Shown here piece after piece: positions 22,061-32,023 of a stretch of 32,023 nt of DNA. Positions within the stretch are counted from its first letter, which is position 1. The number at the start of each line of letters is the position of its first letter. The position numbers were made by a program, and so were the translations under genes. The stretch comes from Macrostomum lignano (Eukaryota): assembly GCA_002269645.1 (NCBI GenBank), contig NIVC01003043.1, forward strand, positions 1 through 32,023, in the 5' to 3' direction. The notes under the pieces were generated by a model. That model did no database searches. It had not been told where the DNA came from and saw only the letters and a list, made by a program, of their open reading frames with translations.

Positions 22061-22540
22061 AGAATTGAATTGCTTGCTCCTGGGCATAATTTGCTTGGAA
22101 AGTGCTATATTTTCGCAGTGGCAGGTTTATTTACAAGCTATGGTAGTTCTAATCTCTCACCTAAACGCTGTTGAAAAGTCACACACGAAATTGCTTTTTA
22201 CTAAGCTGCACGATGAGTTCACTTGGGCAAAGCTGTTGCCATCCGAGTGGAAGCTGACCGCTTTCAGAACTGCTGCTGCCTCGGACTGTTTAAGGCAATA
22301 ATCTCGCCATCTGAGACTACTCACTAGCCCCTCGATGCCGATATGCCTTTGCTGCTGCTTCGTAAACAAATAAAAGTGCAAATAGATAGGAATAGCAGAA
22401 ACCTTTGGTACACTTTCACTGCTTTAGACTAAGTAATATTGTAATATCGCTCCTAGTAACTTTTGTTTTACTGCGTTAAATTTTTTTTTCAAAATTGTAC
22501 CCAATTAGTTTTGGCTATATATGTTAATTAAATAGGGAAG

Positions 22541-22931
22541 CACTATAAATGGGATGGCACTATGAATAGGATTACTTTGAATGGGGTGGAACCCTGAATG
22601 GGGTAACACTCTGAATGGGATGTCACTCTGAATGGTGTAGCACTTTGAATGGGATGTCACTATAAATAGGGTGTCACTCTAAATGAGGGGCGCTCTGAAT
22701 GTGGTGTCACTCTGAATGGGTGGCACTCTGAATGGGGTGTCACTCTGAACGGGGTGTCACTCTGAACGGGGTGTCACTCTGAATGGGGTGTCACTCTGAA
22801 CGGGGTGTCACTCTAAATGGGGTGGCACCCTAAATGAGGTAGCACTCTGAATGAGGGGCACTCTGAATGAGGGGCACTCTGAATGAGGGGCACTCTGAAT
22901 GAGGGGCACTCTGAATGAGGGGCACTCTGAA
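22541..22931. repeat. Minisatellite, 16-17 bp unit (CACTCTGAATGGGGTGT / CACTCTGAATGAGGGG), about 23 copies
   Basis: Directly visible; degenerate on the left, homogeneous on the right. Confidence 0.93.
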
Positions 22932-23002
22932 TTGCACCGGCACAGGATACGTACATGTAGCTACGCACCCTGTGTGTTTCACACAGAAGAAGCATTACTC
23001 AC

Positions 23003-23300
23003 CCTTGTTCTGGCAGTCCTTGATCTGGTGCACCTCATTAACGGTAACCACTAGACGCTCCAGCATCTCGTAATAGCTCAGCGTGATGTGCATCAGGCCG
23101 ATGGTCAGCCCGGCCTCAACGGCCTTGCTGGAGGCGCTCAGGTCGCGCCACATGCTGACCGGCTGTCCCGAGTCGGCTTTGCTGTCGCCCAGCTCGCGCA
23201 TGGTGTAGAAGGCGTGCCCGATCACCTTCTGGCGCCCGTCCGGCCATGTGTCTACCGCCACGAAGTGCAGGCAGCATTTCTTCAGGTAGGATCTGTCCAC
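23003..23300 (-). CDS. Tandem-C2 synaptotagmin-like protein, middle exon (end of C2A, linker, start of C2B)
   Basis: Acceptor CTGCCAG|GTG at 23301/23300, phase 0. [17 protein letters not shown]...VIGHAF...MWRDL...[27 protein letters not shown] (compare Syt G.I..SL.Y....RL.V.V.EA..L). Donor G|GTGAGT at 23003/23002, phase 1. Confidence 0.85.
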
Positions 23301-23339
23301 CTGGCAGCGGTGGGAGCAATTAAGAGGTGCTGTGGGCTA

Positions 23340-23645
<306 letters not shown>

Positions 23646-24712
23646 CATTCATGTTTCACGCTCCGTTGGATTCAAGCCTGCAGGAAATTCTGTTGAAAGG
23701 TGCAAGTACCTTGAAATCTGCGTCAGAAGACAACCAGGGGAGAATTATCCCCCTTAGTTCCGCCTTGGCTAAGCTGTCAGCTAATCCTTCTGGCGCATTC
23801 GAAGCGCTATTTTCAGCTATCGGGTGGGGGGGGCTACAAAGCTGCTTAGTAACTGCATGGCTGCTCTTCTCTCTTAGGGATGGCGGGGCGGGCAGCTCGG
23901 GACTCACTTGTGGAAGAGAAAACGTGGAGAAACAAAGCGTAGGAAAAGTCAGACTGTTTTAAGTCCTCACATTTTTCTTTTTTATCTGCTCAACAGCTTT
24001 CAGCTCAGCCTTCAATCCAGCTGATTGAATCTGCTACTTTCTGGTTTGCCTAATTTTATTTTTTCCTGTCTGTCTGTCTGTCAGTTCTCTTCCCCCCAGG
24101 TGAGAACTTCTCAGGATGTTTCAGAACAGCTCAAGAACCTTTTTATCTGTTAACAGAGCATCAGAAGAGTGGCGCATGTGAGAATGCTATTGTCACCTTA
24201 ACTCAGTTTGAGCAGAATCTTGGCGAGGTAAGGATGGGGTTAGGGTTAGGACATCCAAGGTGGAAATTCTCCCAAGGTGAATAGGTGAATCTCAAAGTCA
24301 AACTGCACCCAATGCAGCCTGTTTGTTATTCAGGTTTTGTTTGCTCATAAATGTTGCAGAGCTGGCTGGCACACCTGAGCGATTTGCTTTCCAGGCCAGC
24401 TTCTGTTGGGGTGAATGTCGTGTTGCTGAGCTGGAGGGATTCTGCTGCTAAAAGATGAGGACTTTTCTGCTATTGCTCGGTGAGCTGCCTCGGCTGAGCT
24501 ACTGTACTCAAGCGGAGAGACGAAAGCAGCGCTCAAAATTTCAGATAATTTTTCCATCGTCAAACGAATGTTAGAAAAAATCATTTTTTAAGTATAGCTA
24601 GAACTTTTAAATAGAATTTTTGGGCTGGTTTAAGTTTCAATACCTTGTCGGCGCGTGTAGAACTAACTCAGTTGTGCATTGTCAAAGAGAAGAGGAGTGA
24701 CGCAGTACTTTA

Positions 24713-25170
24713 GGAGCCGCAGCCCAGTTGTCTAGCACTCTGATGTGCCAGCGGCCCGGGCTCGATTCCAAGTGCAGAGAAATTAATTTGAGGCTAAATT
24801 GGAATCTCGGCTTGGCTCTGCTCGGGCAATAAACGCTCTTGAGGGCCAGCCTCCAAAGGACAGTGAAGTGTACATGCCTAACAATAAATAAAGTTAGGGC
24901 TGCTGTACACTCCCGTGTGCCTGTGCGTATGATACCCTGACCGGCTTTTGACTGATGCTGGCGCCCCGGACCAAGCAGGGGGGATTGACTTTTTTAGGTC
25001 TATGGCCCAGAGACGCGCTCTCTGACTTCTCCCCCTTTTCTGGCCACTGTGTGGCTAGCGGGAGAAGTATTTTGTTGTTTTTTGTTGTTGTTGTTGTATA
25101 ACTGCGTTTTGTGACAATGTCGCTTAAAGTGCGCCAGGGTGCACACAGACCCTGCACATAATAAAAAATA
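24713..25170 (+). mobile_element. tRNA-derived SINE, family A, copy 2, interrupted by an RTE 3' fragment
   Basis: 24713-24930 and 25105-25170 align with the reverse complement of 17538-17181 (for example GGCTCGATTCCAAGTGCAG, GTGAAGTGTACATGCCTAAC, TGTCGCTTAAAGTGCGCCAGGGTGCACACA). Confidence 0.85.
24931..25097 (+). mobile_element. Extreme 3' fragment of an RTE-clade LINE (related to, but distinct from, the 8586-16914 family)
   Basis: Translates YPDRLLTDAGAPDQAGGIDFFRSMAQRRAL-stop, against YVDCLLCDAGAPDTANGA-DFVCSQALRRV near 8735-8650 on the minus strand. Both end GTATTTTGTTG(TTG)n. Confidence 0.75.
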
Positions 25171-25973
25171 TGCAGTAGATTCCGTCGAGTGCACACAGAC
25201 TCAGTGCCCGGAATTCGGTTTCGGCACTAGTAGATGTTGCTGAAGCAGCGACTAGGCAAGCAGTCATGTCCTTTTCTCTGACCTCTGAGCACAGCAGGCT
25301 CCTGGATACGTACAAGGTGCACGCCCTTTAGCTTCCTGACTCTGCCCGCCACTGAATTTAGTGCCAGGGACACTGATTCGGATGTCCGAGGTGATGCAGG
25401 AACACGAAAAGACATCAGGTGACCTTGAACGTTGGCGGTAGGACGGGCCCTGAGTCGCACTAGCTCTTCTAAGCGCTGATAATTGCCATATGTGCACTCA
25501 TTTATGCATGCCGCCACACTGCTCAGTGTGTGTGCTGGAATACATCTATTCTTTAGTAGGTATGCTGCTTATGCCCGACTCCCAGAGCCTCGAGGTTGGG
25601 GTGGGGGCGGGTCCTGCAGAGACGCAGTATTCGATGAAAAGCTCAGCCGGAATTCCACAGCTATGCGAGGTCACACGTTGTCACGGCCAGACTGGAGAGG
25701 CCTAATTGCTTGCCGCATGGCCGGCTTGGCTTATCTGAAAGAGGCGAAATAGCGACGAGAACAGCCCAACACTGAGATAAAGAAAGCCCAAAAGCGAGGA
25801 GAGCCGGAGGCCATACTGAATTGACTAACAGTTGCTATTCAAACATAACCGGATATGGAGTTCCGGAAGCACAGCCAGGTCTAAACCTGTCTGCTCCCCA
25901 GCCCATTATTAAAGCTGTTGATGATAAAATTTTATGAATAAAAAAGTTCAGGGACGAAAGAAAGTGAACGAAA

Positions 25974-27106
25974 GAGCCAGCGCTGGTTTGAGAGGAAATG
26001 AGTTGCCTCATTGCCCTACAATCTACAGAGTTCATTTCGGTTGAGCCAGCGCTGGTTTGAGAGGAAATAAGTTGCCTCATTGCCCTACAATCTACAGAGT
26101 TCATTTCGGTTGAGCCAGCGCTGGTTTGAGAGGAAATAAGTTGCCTCATTGCCCTACAATCTACAGAGTTCATTTCGGTTGAGCCAGCGCTGGTATGAGA
26201 CGAAATGAGTTGCCTCATTGCCCTACAATCTACAGAGTTCATTTCGGTTGAGCCAGCGCTGGTTTGAGAGGAAATGAGTTGCCTCATTGCCCTACAATCT
26301 ACAGAGTTCATTTCGGTTGAGCCAGCGCTGGTTTGAGAGGAAATAAGTTGCCTCATTGCCCTACAATCTACAGAGTTCATTTCGGTTGAGCCAGCGCTGG
26401 TTTGAGAGGAAATGGCCTCGTTGCCTAACAGCCTACAGAGTTCATTTCGGTTGAGCCAGCGCTGGTTTGAGAGGAAATGAGTTGCCTCGTTGCCTAACAG
26501 CCTACAGAGTTCATTTCGGTTGAGCCAGCGCTGGTTTGAGAGGAAATGAGTTGCCTCATTGCCCTACAATCTACAGAGTTCATTTCGGTTGAGCCAGCGC
26601 TGGTTTGAGAGGAAATAAGTTGTCTCATTGCCCTACAATCTACAGAGTTCATTTCGGTTGAGCCAGCGCTGGTTTGAGAGGAAATGAGTTGCCTCATTGC
26701 CCTACAATCTACAGAGTTCATTTCGGTTGAGCCAGCGCTGGTTTGAGAGGAAATGAGTTGCCTCATTGCCCTACAATCTACAGAGTTCATTCGGTTGAGC
26801 CAGCGCTGGTTTGAGAGGAAATAGTTGCCTCGTTGCCTAACAATCTACAGAGTTCATTCGGTTAGCCAGCGCTGGTTTGAGAGGAAATGAGTTGCCTCGT
26901 TGCCTAACAGCCTACAGAGTTCATTTCGGTTGAGCCAGCGCTGGTTTGAGAGGAAATGAGTTGCCTCGTTGCCTACAGCCACAGAGTTCATTTCGGTTGA
27001 GCCAGCGCTGGTTTGAGAGGAAATGAGTTGCCTCATTGCCCTACAATCCACCAGCGCTGGTTTGAGTGAGTTGCCTCATTGCCCTACAATCCACAGAGTT
27101 CATTTC
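25974..27106. repeat. Minisatellite, 69-bp unit, about 16 copies, in intron 1 of the C2 gene
   Basis: Unit GAGCCAGCGCTGGTTTGAGAGGAAATGAGTTGCCTCATTGCCCTACAATCTACAGAGTTCATTTCGGTT; period from starts at 25974 and 26043; two interspersed variant types. Confidence 0.97.
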
Positions 27107-27708
27107 CCTTCTACAGCCTGAAAGCATATCGGATCATGCATACTTTTGATAGAATAAGCTTTGTTGTCCTTCGAACGGGTTTCGAATTCCTAATGGAACG
27201 AGGAAATGCTTGCAATTGTTAGTATTCTCATTGACGATTCGCTTTCAGCATTTGAAAATTGGCTTCAATGGTTGTTTGGCTTCCAGCTGTAAAACTTTTT
27301 CGCCGCAATTCTGACGAGGTGGGGACTCGCTCCCCGAATCCCCCTGAGTCCCGTGAGATTTTCCCCTTCATCATCTCTCTCTCTCCTATAGCCGCGAAAT
27401 GCCCAGCAAACAATCCGAAAATCTCTTCACCCAATTTCAGGCATGCACTTTTAACCCCCCCCCCAGAGCCTGCATCGGCTGCTCTCTCCGATTAACAGCC
27501 AATTATTTTAATGCCATTTTAGCGCGTTTGGGACTGTTTAATCTGACCGACTTCAGCAAAGTAATGAGAATGAGGTGAATACTTAGCGCAACCATCTCTG
27601 CTTTGTCCTCGGAGGCTTCAAAAAACGCGAAAGACTCTTAGATAGCGCTTTCAGGCTGAGCAATTTTTTAATTAGTCGCATCGAGGAATGAATTCTTTGA
27701 GACCGTCT

Positions 27709-28316
27709 TACCCCACAGTGTTTAGCCTGGCCGGACCCTGCTACCCCACAGTGTTTAGCCTGGCCGGACCTGCTACCCCACAGTGTTTAGCCTGGCCGGA
27801 CCCTGCTACCCCACAGTGTTTAGCCTGGCCGGACCTGCTACCCCACAGTGTTTAGCCTGGCCGGACCCTGCTACCCCACAGTGTTTAGCCTGGCCAGACC
27901 TGCTACCCCACAGTGTTTAGCCTGGCCGGACCTGCTACCCCACAGTGTTTAGCCTGGCCGGACCCTGCTACCCCACAGTGTTTAGCTTAGCCGGACCCTG
28001 CTTACCCCACAGTGTTTAGCCTGGCCGGACCCTGCTACCCCACAGTGTTTAGCTTGGCCGGACCCTGCTACCCCACAGTGTTTAGGTTGGCCGGACCCTG
28101 CTACCCCACAGTGTTTAGCTTCGCCGGACCCTGCTACCCCACAGTGTTTAGCCTGGCCGGACCCTGCTACCCCACAGTGTTTAGCCTGGCCGGACCCTGC
28201 TACCCCACAGTGTTTAGCCTGGCCGGACCCTGCTACCCCACAGTGTTTAGCCTGGCCGGACGCTGCTACCCCACAGTGTTTAGGTTGGCCGGACCCTGCT
28301 ACCCCACAGTGTTAGC
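27709..28316. repeat. Minisatellite, 33-bp unit (CCCCACAGTGTTTAGCCTGGCCGGACCCTGCTA), about 18 copies
   Basis: Directly visible; explains the PTVFSLAGPCY pseudo-ORF. Confidence 0.97.
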
Positions 28317-28334
28317 TTGTCACCTTAAACTCAC

Positions 28335-28730
28335 ATCGAACACGAAGGTCTCGTTGATGTCCGGGTTGTTGGTGTTTTTCCGAACCTTGGTCTGCCAGGT
28401 CCTGTTGCACAGCGGCGGCAGCTCCACGCTCACGAAGGCCGAGCAGTCTGTGTTGGTGAACCGCCGGGCCTTGTTGTACAGGTTGCGGGCCTTGAACACG
28501 CTCACCTCAAGCTTGTTCTCGCCCGGTAGATTCCTCACTCGGAACCAGATGCGGCCGATGTGCTCCTCCGTCACCTCGTAGTACTCATCCTGATCGAAGT
28601 TCAGGTAAAGCGTAGGATCCACGTGGCCAATCTCCTTGTTGCTGAGTCGCTGGCTCAGCGGTCTCTTGCAGGTCGGAATGACAAACGGCACCTCAGTTTG
28701 CGGCGTCTGCTGCTGGCTACTGCTCGACAT
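28335..28730 (-). CDS. Tandem-C2 synaptotagmin-like protein, first visible coding exon (linker and most of C2A)
   Basis: ATG at 28730. IGHVDPTLY (Syt pre-C2A linker motif), IGRIWFRVRN...KLEVSVFKARNL...QTKVRKNTNNPDINETFVFD. Donor GAT|GTGAGT at 28335/28334, phase 0. The three exons total 1059 bp, 352 aa, with no frameshift. Confidence 0.85.
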
Positions 28731-28931
28731 GAGTGAGCGGTGAGCTGAGCGGTGCAAAATACAGGCGGCTGATTTCCCTCTGTGCCTACGCATGAGGTCT
28801 CCAGGTTCCTACTTATGATGAAGAACTGAATGGGAAGCTGAGGAGCGCCCAACGTTTCGAACCAATAGCATTGCAGATGAAATTCGCTTCATCTCAGCTC
28901 AGCTCAACCCCCCCCCCCTACTCCCGGATCG

Positions 28932-28946
28932 GCTTCCCATAGCAAC
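28932..28946. promoter_or_regulatory. Candidate RFX X-box in the divergent intergenic region
   Basis: CTTCCCATAGCAAC matches GTTNCCATRGYAAC at 13/14 positions; about 200 bp upstream of the C2 gene ATG and about 900 bp upstream of the plus-strand gene ATG. Confidence 0.35.
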
Positions 28947-29845
28947 GCATTGCAGCTTTATCCACTCGATCTGCATTGTGCGCCGTCTTTAACGGCCAGG
29001 TGCCCCAAGCACTCTCCCGCATAATCCAGGCAGCATTTTGCTTCATCTATACGCATATACGAGTATTTTAAATCCGGCCCTGGAACTCTGCATCACGGAT
29101 GGGACTGGGGGAGGGTTGGGAGTGAATAGCTGCAGTAGCAGAGCAAGCAGTCGAGCAGGAAGTGAAGTTGATGGAATCTCTCGTCCGTTTACTATTTTAT
29201 CTCCCCGAGCTATCGGGATCAGTTTATCAGATTGCTTTTTAACTGAGCAAACGAAGCGATATGAAAATAGCAGCCTTAGCTAAATGCTCAAGACAAAAGT
29301 GTGTTCTAGTCATTTTTTGCTTTGCTTTTAGTCTCCTAGAAACTCCAACAAAGCTGTGAGCACAAAGCTGGAGCAGTCTCTGCGCCTGGGATGCTTATTA
29401 TAAATGGAAATCCGAAAATACAGAGAGGATTTCTGAGACGCAAAATAGTTTTTGTAGTCACTTCCCAATTGAGGTTCGCATTTACAATGCAATTTTCACG
29501 AAGGCACAGGGACTTCTGTTCACTTCAAAGAAGCTTTAAAAATTTTTACAAATCATCTGATGCAACCAAGCCTCATTAGAGCCTTACGAGTACACAGATA
29601 TATTGTTACGAGTAGGAATACGCTACATTGATTTTTAAAATTCACTTAAAGGGACTATTTTGCAAGCAGACTTTGGCCATAGACTAACCTGGTGCTTACA
29701 GACGCCCTCGACTCTAAGGCTAGCTCTTTAGTCTCACACCACAAAGCAAGCGTTAGTCGTCAGACACTCACTATAGCTGCGCTATCGCTTAGTTCCATCT
29801 TCCCGCTACATCGCTGCAGCCTCCCCACTAGCCAAGCCATACGCC

Positions 29846-30160
29846 ATGTCCGGAAGAAGTCTGCCAGAGCAATGCTCCAAGTCTGGGCCAGCTTTCTGCG
29901 CTTGGCAGTTCCCCAATGTCTCCATGTCGGCCGCCACGGACGCCAAGACTCACTCGCAGCGGTGGAGCGTGCACCCGGGATTTCTCGACCCATTCCACGT
30001 GGTCTACCAGTGCGTGAAGCGGCTGAAAGCGGCCACGTACGTCAACGTGAAGTACGCCAGCAAGCTGCGCCCCGTAGAGGTCCGAGAGCAGCCACCGGAT
30101 AAGACGCAGCTGTGCTTGGGTCTTCAGATCTACCTTACCAAGATCGTACCTGATGAGAAG
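29846..30160 (+). CDS. Uncharacterised protein, exon 1
   Basis: GC-rich coding-like ORF from ATG 29846; donor AAG|GTGCGT at 30160/30161, phase 0, compatible with the next exon. The start codon is uncertain. Confidence 0.65.
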
Positions 30161-30289
30161 GTGCGTTTTTGTTAACAATGCCGACTTGTTTGGAGAAAAA
30201 GATGATTCTTGAATTTTTTGCTGTTTGAGATGTTTGACTGGAACTAAAGTCATTGACAACTGTACATGCGTTAAGCTGCCGAAATTGCC

Positions 30290-30522
30290 CCACAACCAGC
30301 GCTGAGGCGATTCTGTCCATTCCGCTGACTCCTGAGCACAAACAAGCGCGCCAGTACTGTACGCAGGCACGCACTCAGGCACACGCTCACACAGGGTGTA
30401 CACCTTTGACTTTCTAATCGTCAGGCATGTACACTCTCTGCGGCTTGGGGCTGGCTCTCACGGGTGGGAATCGCGCGACAACCCTCTGCCAATTTTCGGG
30501 CACAAGCCACAAATTAATGTGG
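30290..30522 (-). mobile_element. tRNA-derived SINE, family A, diverged copy 3 (intronic)
   Basis: Colinear with 17229-17470: CACAACC, CCATTCCGC.GACTCC.TGAGCA, ACAAGCGCGC, GTACGCAGGCAC, ATCGT.AGGCATGTACACT, GGCTCTCA, AAATTAATGTG. Confidence 0.7.
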
Positions 30523-31157
30523 CCGCGAGAGAGTCGGGAGCGTTTACCGTTGAGCTGCTCTGCCACCACTGATCGTTGGCAGGAAGTTGGTTCATCAAAG
30601 TCTCAAGTTTGACTCAGTGTTGACAAAACGCGTTTGCGTTTTAACTAAGGATGGGCTAATTTTGATTTGATTTTAATTTTGACAAGTTCAATCGGGCTCT
30701 ATCCTCTTAGTTTTTCTAGGTCTACTGCCCTGGCTTAAGACTTGGACTGACTTAGTATCCTATCCAGTTTATTCTCTTTCATCATTCGTGATGTTTGTGT
30801 GCAACCGGACACTTGCTAGAATCTTTCAACGTCGATGAGAATCCGTTTGGCAATTCGACACTCGCCAACAACAGTCTCCGTGCACTGAGTAGGTGCTGTT
30901 TTGGCTGTTCTATTCAATGCTCAAAATGGATTTAAAAGTCAATCTCTCAAGCAAAGCAAAATGGTCAAAGCAAGCAACTTGTATTTCAGTGCTAAGTTAT
31001 TGCCTAGTTACTGCTCAGACGGAGTTACCTGGCCATCAATATGGTGTCGTGGAACCGTTGCATTCAAACAGGCTGTTTTTAAACCTATGTACTCGTAGAT
31101 CGATAATAACTATTCTTAAACTACCCTGCACATACTACTGCTAACCAACTATGCCAG

Positions 31158-32017
31158 GTTAACTATGACGTGAAGGAGCACATTAAAAACGGCTCATCCG
31201 AGAACGTGACCGCCGTGATTCGCAAATACGCCTGCTTGGAGCACGTGCTGCTGTTCCTGCTCAAGTACCTGAAAGAGCGCGGTCCGCTGATGAAGTTCAA
31301 ATACAATTCCACCAGCCTGCTGAACGAGGTGACAGCCAATCCTCGCTATATGGTGTCAACTTTTCTCACCACCCTGTGCGAATTCGAACTGGACTTTCAC
31401 GCCGCTGTGGTGCTTGGAGACTACCTAAACTTCGTCCTGTACGTCGCCTACGCCCACGACCTGTTCTGGATGAAGGAGCTGCTGTCCGAAATCTGGGCCC
31501 GCTCCTCATCGACTTCATCAACGTTGGCGATCGAGTTGCTGACAACCTGACTGATGCGCAGAAGACCGGCAAGCAGCGCCTGATGATGCAGCGAATGATT
31601 GACACCCTGCCCTGGGAGAAGCTGAAAAGCCAGGAGAACATCAAGATCACCGTCAACCCGCAGATTCACGATTCTTACTTGAAACGGAAGGCGGCGGAGG
31701 CAGCCAGCCTGATGCAGCGGCTGACCACCAAGCCGGTTCACCAGACCACTCTGCTGACTGGAGGTGGCGGCATCACCAAGCTGCTGGGCAGCCTCGACAC
31801 CAAGGGACCGGAGATTCTCGGCGATGATCCGGCCGCAATCGCGGCTCGCGAAGCCGAGGAACTCGAGAAGAAGAAACGCGAGGAGGAGGCCGTGAAGCGA
31901 AAGGCGATGGAGGACGAGAATCGCGACTATAGCAGCGACTACGGCTACAGCCAGGACTTCCTTGAAAAGCACGCGCCTCACGGCATGTGCAAGCCGGGCT
32001 TTGACAACACATTGTGA
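31158..32017 (+). CDS. Uncharacterised protein, exon 2 (one frameshift near 31490; Glu/Lys-rich helical segment near the C-terminus)
   Basis: Branch-like GCTAAC and acceptor GCCAG at 31157, phase 0, in frame with track ORF 31170. Restoring one A in GAAATCTG joins it to ORF 31376-32017 (..LLSENLGPLLIDF..). Stop at 32015-32017. Confidence 0.7.
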
Positions 32018-32023
32018 TTTGCA

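Noticed and set aside
25735-25749. CTGAAAGA...GAAA hammerhead-like string
   Set aside because: The core has an extra base and there is no stem II or flanking stems.
25227-25752. ORFs 25517-25227 and 25483-25752 as extra exons of the C2 gene or separate genes
   Set aside because: They have no recognisable motifs, and the C2A domain is already complete when 28335 is joined directly to 23300.
27311-27352. CTGACGA...GGGGA/TCCCC...GAAT...GTC hammerhead-like string
   Set aside because: There is an extra GGT before stem II, GAAT instead of GAAA, and no stem III or stem I pairing; an alternative GGGACTC/GAGTCCC hairpin explains the symmetry.

Overview
This is repeat-rich metazoan genomic DNA, not prokaryotic. 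GC-rich exons, GT-AG introns full of minisatellites and the style of the RTE elements suggest a macrostomid flatworm such as Macrostomum lignano (inference only). Three spliced genes can be reconstructed: (1) the 3' part of a Bark beetle/Anakonda-like transmembrane protein (+, 1-5218; about 12 single-base frameshifts); (2) an intact tandem-C2, synaptotagmin-like gene (-, 28730-20011; 3 coding exons); (3) a divergently oriented uncharacterised gene (+, 29846-32017). Between genes 1 and 2 lies a nested retrotransposon. A 5'-truncated RTE-clade LINE (8586-16914, 8-bp TSD) is split just after its YADD motif by a full-length 5.9-kb, two-ORF, RNase H-containing LINE (LOA/R1/I-group-like; 9308-15207, exact 14-bp TSD). 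That inner element is three single bases away from intact. Also present are a tRNA-derived SINE family (three copies, one with a 13-bp TSD, one carrying an RTE 3' end), a second SINE type, a 245-bp MITE and at least nine tandem arrays, many abutting splice sites. There is no CRISPR array, rRNA or genuine tRNA. I see no clearly new biological system; the best leads are the young nested LINE, the unassigned SINE family and its chimeric copy, and the orphan gene.
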